A DNA stretch of 64,000 nt from an uncultured archaeon (lineage in GTDB: Archaea > Thermoproteota > Nitrososphaeria > Nitrososphaerales > Gagatemarchaeaceae), in the NCBI GenBank assembly GCA_963817525.1, contig CAWFOU010000001.1, forward strand, positions 512,001 to 576,000, written 5' to 3'. Under the pieces are notes generated by a model, which did not search any database, was not told the origin of the DNA, and saw only the letters and a program-made list of their open reading frames with translations. Positions 57,150 through 64,000 of the stretch are shown here, in pieces. Each line of letters starts with the position of its first letter. The first letter of the stretch is position 1. Both the position numbers and the translations under genes were made by a program.

Positions 57150-59624
57150 TTAGCCGGCATCCTTCTCCTCGATTTCGTCGGCGGCGACCCCCCGCTTCTT
57201 GATGACCTTCCTGACGCCTAAGACGACGATTGCGATGACCGCTACCACGAGCACTATCGGAAGGATGGTCCCCAGTATGCCCAGGCCATTGGACGTGGAG
57301 CCACCCACTCCCCCTCCCCCGGGAGGAGCGACGAGGATGTTGGTCCCGGCCGTCTGGTTGCCCAGCACCGGGTCCTGGACGAGGGCGGTGATCGTCGCGA
57401 CGCCGTTCTGCGTCGGGATGAAGGTGTCCGTGAACTGACCTGCGGCGTCGGTGGTACCGCCAGGTGAGCTCATCGACCCCGATGTGGCGGTGACGGTGAC
57501 GTTCGCGCCTTGCAGGGGCGAGCCCATGACCTGGACTTGTACCTGCACGATGGCGGGGGTGCCTATCGCCACCACGGGGGCGGAGCTGGTCAGGGTCACG
57601 GACACTGGAGTTGCTATCACCGAAAGCGTTGCGGTCGCAGAGGCGAGCCCGCCCGCGGACGCTGTCAGGACGGTCGAACCCGCCTGTGCGGCCGATACCA
57701 GGGTCCAGGCGTAGTCGGCCCCGGCGGGGACGTCGAGCGTGATGGGCTTCGCTATGACGCTGTCGTTTGCGCTCGTCACAGTGACCGGCGTGTCCTGGCG
57801 CGCCCTCGCCGGAGAGGATGTAGAGTCCTGCAACTGGACGGCGAGGACGGCGTCGCCGCCCCTGCCCAAGGACTGGATTCCGGCCGAGGGGGCCAGGTAC
57901 ATCCCTATCTGGGAGGGCGCGGGGCTGGCGGTGGTCACAGTCGTCGATGACGACTGGAAGCCCGAGGAGCTCGCGCTGATGGTGGCGGTCCCTGGGGATA
58001 TCGTCGTCCCGATGTCCGTGAGCACGAAAGACTGGCCCGCTGGTATCACGACGGTCGAGCTCACCGTCGCTATGCCCGTGGCGGAGCTCGCTAGCTGGAC
58101 GGGCACGCCTGCGGGGGCGACCGCCGGCTGGCCGCCGGCGTCCTGGAGGATCACCTCCAGCGCGGAGTACGTCCCTCCGTCGGCAGGAAGCGTGGACGGG
58201 AGCGCTTGGACGGCCACCTCGGTCGGGACGGGCCCGTAGCTGCTCAAGGAGATGGTGGCGGATTGGAGGTTCTGGGCGGAGGCGGTGATGAACGTGCTAC
58301 CGACGAAGTACGTGGACGAGAAGGTCGCTACCCCGTAGCTCGAGCCAGACGGGATGTCCAGGCTGGCGGTGACGTTCCCCACCGCAGAGTCGGAAGAGGT
58401 GAGCGCGACCGAGACGCCGGATGACGCGACGGCGGGGTTGCCCCTCGCGTCGGTGAGCAGGACGACGACCGAATGGTATGCCGACTGGTCGGCGAGCACC
58501 GGGCTGGGCGCTGCGACTAGGCTAAGCTGTGTGGGCGCGACGGCGACCGAGACAGTGACCAGGGCGAAGGCAGACACCAGCCCGGGGGAGGACGCGGTGA
58601 GGTTGGCCATCCCAGCGGTGGAGCCCGAGGTGAACGACGCGACCGTGTAGATCTGGCCCATTGAGACGGTCGCGGTCTCGGCCGATGCGATCACGCTCGT
58701 GTTCGACGAAGTGATCGTCACGGAGATGGCGGCCGGGGCGGGGGCGGGGTCTCCGCTTGGGTCGGTGAGGGTCACCACCAGGCGACCGGTGGTCGAGGTC
58801 GCGAGGGGGTCGGGCTGGGCGAACATCTTCAAGGCGAAGGGAGAGGCACCTTCCACCGTCACCGTTCCGGACCCCGATCTGAAACCGGAGGCGGAGCCCG
58901 TTATGGTTGCGGCGCCAGGCAAGAGCCCTACGTCGTAGGGGACAGAGGAGAGCACCGCTCCGCTCTGGATGGTGAGGGAGCCGGAGGGTAGGCTCACCAC
59001 GTTGTTGTCGGATGACGAGAGCGTGACGTCGATGTCAGAGCTGGCCTGTGCAGGGAAGCCCGCGGCATCCAGGGTCTCGACCAAGAGCGCCCCCTGGCCG
59101 GACTGGCCGACCTCTTGGGCGCCCGGCACCGGGATGACGCTCAGGGTGGTCGCGAACCCGCTGGGAGTAGACGTGGTGACCTGGCCCGAAGCGGCCGCAA
59201 GGCCGCTCGAGGAGGCAGAGATCGAGGTGACGCCCGGCGTATCGCTTGTCGTGAAGTTTGCGACCGCGAACCCTGCTCCCCGGGCGATGGTGACGGCGGC
59301 GGTGACGTTGCCCACGCTCGCCTCGGAGGAGGTGAGGAAGACGAGCGTTGCGTTCAGCGCGAGGGTGGCGGACCCCACAGAGTTTTCGAGCGAGACTATC
59401 ACTGCTTGGTAGGTGCCCCCGTCAGCCGGGAGGTCCGGAGGGACGACCGAGACCAGAAGAGAGGCGGGCGTCCCACCCGCGGAAGAGGACGGCGCCGAGG
59501 ACGAAGTGGTCGTCGTGATGGTGGAGGAAGCCGCCGCCATGGCTTGGAAGGCTTGGGTCGAGAGCAGCATCACGACGCAGACGGCGAGGGTGGACACTAG
59601 CCCCCGTCTCGACCTTGCCCTCAT
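57150..59624 (-). CDS. Surface protein with tandem Ig-like (invasin/Big-like) repeats and C-terminal TM anchor
   Basis: Signal peptide; repeats V.L.D..G.PA.A...V.L.SS...V.......I..G........G.A.I.AS; C-terminal hydrophobic helix plus basic tail. Confidence 0.85.
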   Translation of the reverse strand: MRARSRRGLVSTLAVCVVMLLSTQAFQAMAAASSTITTTTSSSAPSSSAGGTPASLLVSVVPPDLPADGGTYQAVIVSLENSVGSATLALNATLVFLTSSEASVGNVTAAVTIARGAGFAVANFTTSDTPGVTSISASSSGLAAASGQVTTSTPSGFATTLSVIPVPGAQEVGQSGQGALLVETLDAAGFPAQASSDIDVTLSSSDNNVVSLPSGSLTIQSGAVLSSVPYDVGLLPGAATITGSASGFRSGSGTVTVEGASPFALKMFAQPDPLATSTTGRLVVTLTDPSGDPAPAPAAISVTITSSNTSVIASAETATVSMGQIYTVASFTSGSTAGMANLTASSPGLVSAFALVTVSVAVAPTQLSLVAAPSPVLADQSAYHSVVVLLTDARGNPAVASSGVSVALTSSDSAVGNVTASLDIPSGSSYGVATFSSTYFVGSTFITASAQNLQSATISLSSYGPVPTEVAVQALPSTLPADGGTYSALEVILQDAGGQPAVAPAGVPVQLASSATGIATVSSTVVIPAGQSFVLTDIGTTISPGTATISASSSGFQSSSTTVTTASPAPSQIGMYLAPSAGIQSLGRGGDAVLAVQLQDSTSSPARARQDTPVTVTSANDSVIAKPITLDVPAGADYAWTLVSAAQAGSTVLTASAGGLASATATLSVIATPVSVTLTSSAPVVAIGTPAIVQVQVQVMGSPLQGANVTVTATSGSMSSPGGTTDAAGQFTDTFIPTQNGVATITALVQDPVLGNQTAGTNILVAPPGGGGVGGSTSNGLGILGTILPIVLVVAVIAIVVLGVRKVIKKRGVAADEIEEKDAG

Positions 59625-59668
59625 TCTGTCTCGCCCTGCGCCCCGCACTGATATTAGGGGATGGGATG

Positions 59669-62600
59669 TCACTTTGATTCGGACACCTTTCCGCCCGGCT
59701 TCTTTGCCCGCTTTCTCATGCGGTAGACGAAGAACCCAGTCGAACCGGCGGCCGCAGCGACGGCTATGATGACGAGGACCATTATCAGGCTCAGGGCGAC
59801 CTTTCCCACCGCGACGGACAGGCCCGAGGCTGAGTCACCTCTGATCTGGACGCTCGTCCCCAGGCTCGTGACCTTGGCCGTGTACGTCCCGACCGGGATC
59901 AGCCCCGCGGAGAATGTCCCCTGCTTGCTTGTCGTCCCGGTAAGCGTCGTCCCGTTGGCGAGGGCCATCGAGACCTGCGCCCCCGAGACAGGCAGCCCGA
60001 AGGGATCGACCACGCTCAGCGAAGCGGGATACACCTGGGTGTCCAGCGTGACGTTCAAGGGCGCCCCCTTCACGTGATACGACGGAGGCGGGCTCGGCCC
60101 CACGCTCGCGCCCTCCCATGAGACGTTGACCAGAGTGAAGGTGGTCCCGTTCTCCAGCCAGACGGAAGGCCCCTCGAGGTTGACGGTGGAGTTCCCGATG
60201 CCGAGGACGACCGCGCTGGGCTGGATCGGGACGCTGCCCAAGCCGTCGAAGAACTGGAACTCGACCTGGTATCCGGTCTCGGCGTAGAAGTCCAGCGTTT
60301 GAGGCTGGGTGAACGTGATTGTCGGGGTCGTGAAAGCCGCTGCGGTGGCGGACTGTGGCACGTTGACTAGCGTGACCCCGTCGAGGGCGTAAGACGTCAG
60401 CGTCTCGCGCGTCCCGGCCCCGGAGGTCCCGTTCCAGGTTCTCGGGACCGTGACAGTCACCTTCGTGCCCGCGTCGAAGTAGGAGTCGCCCGTCTGGGAG
60501 GGCGGACTCGTGGTAGGGCGCGTTGGCCCCACGACCGTGAGGAGGTACTGAGTCACCGAGGTCAGCACGATGTCCTGGGCCCCGGTCATCGAGAAGGCGA
60601 CGGTGAACGTCGCGTTGTCGGAGCGCGTCAGGTCGGTCTTCCCGCCGCCGTTCAGGGCGTAGCTGACCACGTCCTCCCTCGAACCCGAGGAGGTCTGGTT
60701 CCAGACCGAGTCGAAGACGGCGCTCACCTTTGTGCCAGCGTCGAACCATCCGGGCGCGTCTCCTGGGAGGGTGGAGTTGGTAGCCGAGACCCAAGCAAGG
60801 GGTGAGGATTTGAGGTGATACTGGACGACTGTCTGCGTCGTGATCGACTCTGGTGTCGAGATGGCCGGCACGGAGAGCACCTGCACCGGCGAGGAGGACA
60901 GCACGGAGGTGGACTTGCCCAAGTTCAACGAAAACGATACCAGCCTCGCCCCCGTCGTCGCCGTCCTTCCCCATATGCCGTCGAGCGTAACGGAGACAGA
61001 GGTCCCGCTGTCGTACCAGTAGCCGTCCTTGGGAATCGGGGTTGGGGTGATGGAAGAGAGCGAGGCGCTCGCTCCTGGATCGAGCGTCACCTCGTACTGC
61101 GTCACGACGGCGGTTGTGACCGCCTCGGGTGATGTGATCGCCATGAGGTTCAACACCTCTACCTGGCCCGTCGACGCGACCAGCACCTCGGCCCCGCCGT
61201 TGAGCGAGTAGCCAGCGAGCCTCTCTCCCGTGCCCGCCGACCTGTCCCACGATCCTTTCAAGATCAGCCCCACCGGACTGGAGGCATCATACCAGCCCGT
61301 GTCGAGCGGGATGGACGGGTTGGTGACGGAGACTAGCGCCGAGGAGGCTCCCTTGTCGTAGGTGACCTGATACTGGGTCACGCTCGTAGCGTTCACGAAC
61401 TGCGGGGCGTTCATCGCCTTGGTAACGATGGTGATAGGTCCGGTCTGGGCGACCTTGTCCACCGGGCCGGAGTCAAGCTCCCACGAGGCGGTCCTCAGGC
61501 CGGTCCCATCCGCGCGCGAGTATGCGCCGCTGAGGACCACTGTCACCGCCGGAGAGCCGGAGTCATACCAGAACGTGTCGTTCGGGAAGGTCGAGGGCGG
61601 CGAGATGGAAGAGAATGCCCCTAGCGCCGCGCCGTTGAGGACCACCTCGTACTGAGTCACGCTGGTGGTCGTGATCGAGATGGGTGTGTCCAGCGAAGAC
61701 GAGTTGTAAGCCTGGATCGCCCCTATCGTGTCGACCGGGATGGTGCGCTGGGCGGTTGCCGAGATGGAAGTGATCCGGTGGCCAACCCCGTCTGCCCTCC
61801 CCCACGTGCCGTTAAGCACGAGCTGGATCGGAGTCCCGCTGTCGTACCAATAGTCGTCTCCCTGGATCGTCGGAGCCGTTATTGAGCGGACGGCGCCCGC
61901 CGCACCCTGGTCCAACGAGATCTGGAACTGGGTCACCGAACTGAACTGGACGGTGTGCGGGCCTTCCATGGATATCGGGATGGTGAGATTCGCTTCCGGC
62001 TTGGCTATTCTGACCACGCTACCCGAGTCGATCTGATAGGAAACGATCCTGTATCCCGTCCCTGCAGACCTGTCGTAGACTCCCGGGGTGCTGACCGTGG
62101 CGTTGTTGCCCGCGTCCACCCACTGATTCGGAAGCGCCCCGTCCACGATCGTCAGCAGGTACTGCTGGTCGTAGACTACGAGGACGTAGTTGTTGGGGTC
62201 GGGCCCCACGATGGTTCCCGTGGCCAACGGGGCGAACCATCTTTCGCTCGACGTCGAAGCTGAGAGCGTGCTCTCCGTGGTATAGGTCGAGTTGTCGTCC
62301 GCCCAGAAGGTCTGGGGCGTCAGCGAGAGGGTGATGTGTTGGGCGTTCCCCGCCGCGAAGTACGTGAGATCCGGCTGCCCCGAGGGTGACGGGGGCTGCG
62401 CCCCCATGACCGAGAACCAGAAGGACTCGAAGTACTGGTGGAAGTAGGTCGCGCTCACCGTCGTGGGGGCGTTGAGCGTGACGGCCGTGGAGTTGTAGAG
62501 CACCCACCGCTCTGTGCTCGGCGAAGCCGTGCAGCAGAGGGCCGAGGGCAGCGAGTACTGCGTGCCGCTGTCGACCCAGACCGCCCCGTCCTTGCTGAGG

Positions 62601-63618
62601 GAGGTCTTGTTCCCAAAGTACTGATATGTGAACGAGGGCTGCGTGAGGCTGCTCGCGTTCCCGCCGACGAAATTAAAGTCGACACCGACGAAGTACTGGT
62701 GGTAGAAGACGGGAGTGATCGAGAGCGGACCTGTGACCGTGCCGTTGTTGTCCTTGGACAGGAGGGTCCCCGAAGGGGTCTGCACCAGGACGGTCCCGAT
62801 CCACGTCTCGTTCGCCCTGGGGGCGCTCGACGCCAGGGGCGAAGTGAACGTGTATTTCGCCCCAGAGTCCAGCCAGGTCGTCTGCGTGAACGAGGTCATG
62901 GCCAGCTCGTCTGGGGCCCCCAGCGAGGTGCTCGTGAGCGCGGGGGGCTGCGGGCCCCCCCGCCGACTATCGAGAAGCTCGAGGACACCAAGAACTGGTG
63001 GTAGTACGTCTCGTTGACTGTCTCGGCTTGGCTGATGGTCCCGCTGCCGGCGGTCTCCAAGATCCACCTCTCGCTCGAGGTCGAACCCTGGAGCTGAGAC
63101 GGGTAGGAGAAGGCCGAAGAGGCGTCGACCCACACCGTCCCCGGCGAGGGTGAAGAGGTCTGCGTGCCCATCTGGAGGAAGCTCACGCTAGGGCCGGAAT
63201 AACCCGTCCCGCCGTCCGTGACGTTGTAGTCGAAGTTGACGCGATATTGGTTGTAGTACGAGAAGGCGACGGTCAATGACGACGATATGTTCCCGGAGAC
63301 GTCCTGGCTCGTTACCCACCTCTCGCTCACGGTAGAGCCCGTGAGGATGGCCTGTGCGCTCCATGTGCTCCCGGCGTCCGCCATGTAGACCGTCGGCGAG
63401 GTGGTGAGGGGCACGACCTCCTGGTCCCCACCGCTCATGTAGGTCAGCTCGTCCTTTACGCCCGTCCCGCCACCTCCGATGATGGAGTAGCTGGCGGTAA
63501 GGGCTACCTGGGAGGGCTGGGCGTGGGCGAGTCCCGACGAGCCGGCGGCGCCCGTCATGAGCAGGCCCCACAAGGCAAAGACCCCGAGACCCATTGTCAA
63601 GACCGCGAGAAGTCTCAA
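59669..63618 (-). CDS. Large surface glycoprotein with thermopsin-like C-terminal repeats; frameshift in a G-run near 62950
   Basis: Signal peptide in ORF 62896-63618; repeats QY.V...W(Y/V)D.G continue in ORF 59669-63133; C-terminal TM and basic tail. Confidence 0.8.
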
Positions 63619-63783
63619 ATCAAGTCACCTTTCAGCAGTCGGCGGGGCACTAGACTCTCTCCCCTGGGCGTCAACAAGGCGAAGGCGCCTCCGAGGGACA
63701 GGTTTGCGCGGCCGCCCGCGCGAAGGAGAACCTCATACCCACTGCTCCAAGGAGCTTAACCAGGCCTCAAATATTTAGAAAAT

Positions 63784-63810
63784 GTATGCCAGATTCATCA
63801 CACTTTTATC
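63784..63810 (+). promoter_or_regulatory. Dyad motif plus TATA-like box
   Basis: GTAT-GCCAG-ATTC (63784-63796), 7 bp, TTTTATC. Confidence 0.5.
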
Positions 63811-63843
63811 ATTCGCAAGAGCGATTCCTGCGGAACGCATCTT

Positions 63844-64000
63844 TTGAGACCCAGGATGCTCAACATCGCGACGCCTTTTCACAAAGACGTGTACGAGCTC
63901 CATCTCAGCGTCGAATCGAAGATAGGCGTGCTCCACGAGATTACGGGCTTCCTTTCTGAGCAGAAGGTCGACATCGTCTCCATGCACATCGAAGCGGCGA
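63844..64000 (+). CDS. ACT-domain protein, truncated by window edge
   Basis: Manual translation: RPRMLNIATPFHKDVYELHLSVESKIGVLHEITGFLSEQKVDIVSMHIE. Confidence 0.65.
   Translation, partial: MRPRMLNIATPFHKDVYELHLSVESKIGVLHEITGFLSEQKVDIVSMHIEAA

Noticed and set aside
62940-62962. Frameshift in a G-run of the large surface protein as phase variation
   Set aside because: Similar isolated indels hit several unrelated genes (about 378, 2375, 17650-18235, 24515); long-read error is more parsimonious without read data

Overview
GC-rich archaeal chromosome segment, inferred to be from a TACK-group archaeon such as a deep-branching Nitrososphaerota; about six genes carry isolated indels, suggesting a long-read assembly. 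The window is mostly one surface-structure and signalling neighbourhood. In order: (i) a sugar-nucleotide/glycan-modification locus (1-6156); (ii) 12 class III signal-peptide (type IV) pilin genes, two at 6.3-7.6 kb and ten at 38.6-48.7 kb, with two TadB/C-type platform genes and a TadA/FlaI-type ATPase carrying N-terminal hydrophobic helices; (iii) six KaiC/RAD55-like domains (intact, degenerate and membrane-fused) interleaved with a polyprenyl synthase, a UbiA prenyltransferase and regulators; (iv) a CbbQ/MoxR AAA+ ATPase with a LAGLIDADG intein, its VWA partner and two putative SecB-like paralogues; (v) three VapBC-type toxin-antitoxin pairs; (vi) two large anchored surface proteins. Three non-coding signals were read directly from the sequence. 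A 13-bp dyad (GWAY-N5-RTWC, best form GAACAA-N-TTGTTC) sits 7 bp upstream of TATA-like boxes at about 10 promoters. A ~30-37 bp repeat occurs four times and separates orphan secreted/membrane genes like cassettes (29.3-32.6 kb). A ~117-bp duplicate of the VWA gene 3' end brackets a TA module. No rRNA, tRNA, CRISPR array, integrase or transposase was recognised. All family assignments are from motif recognition, not database searches.
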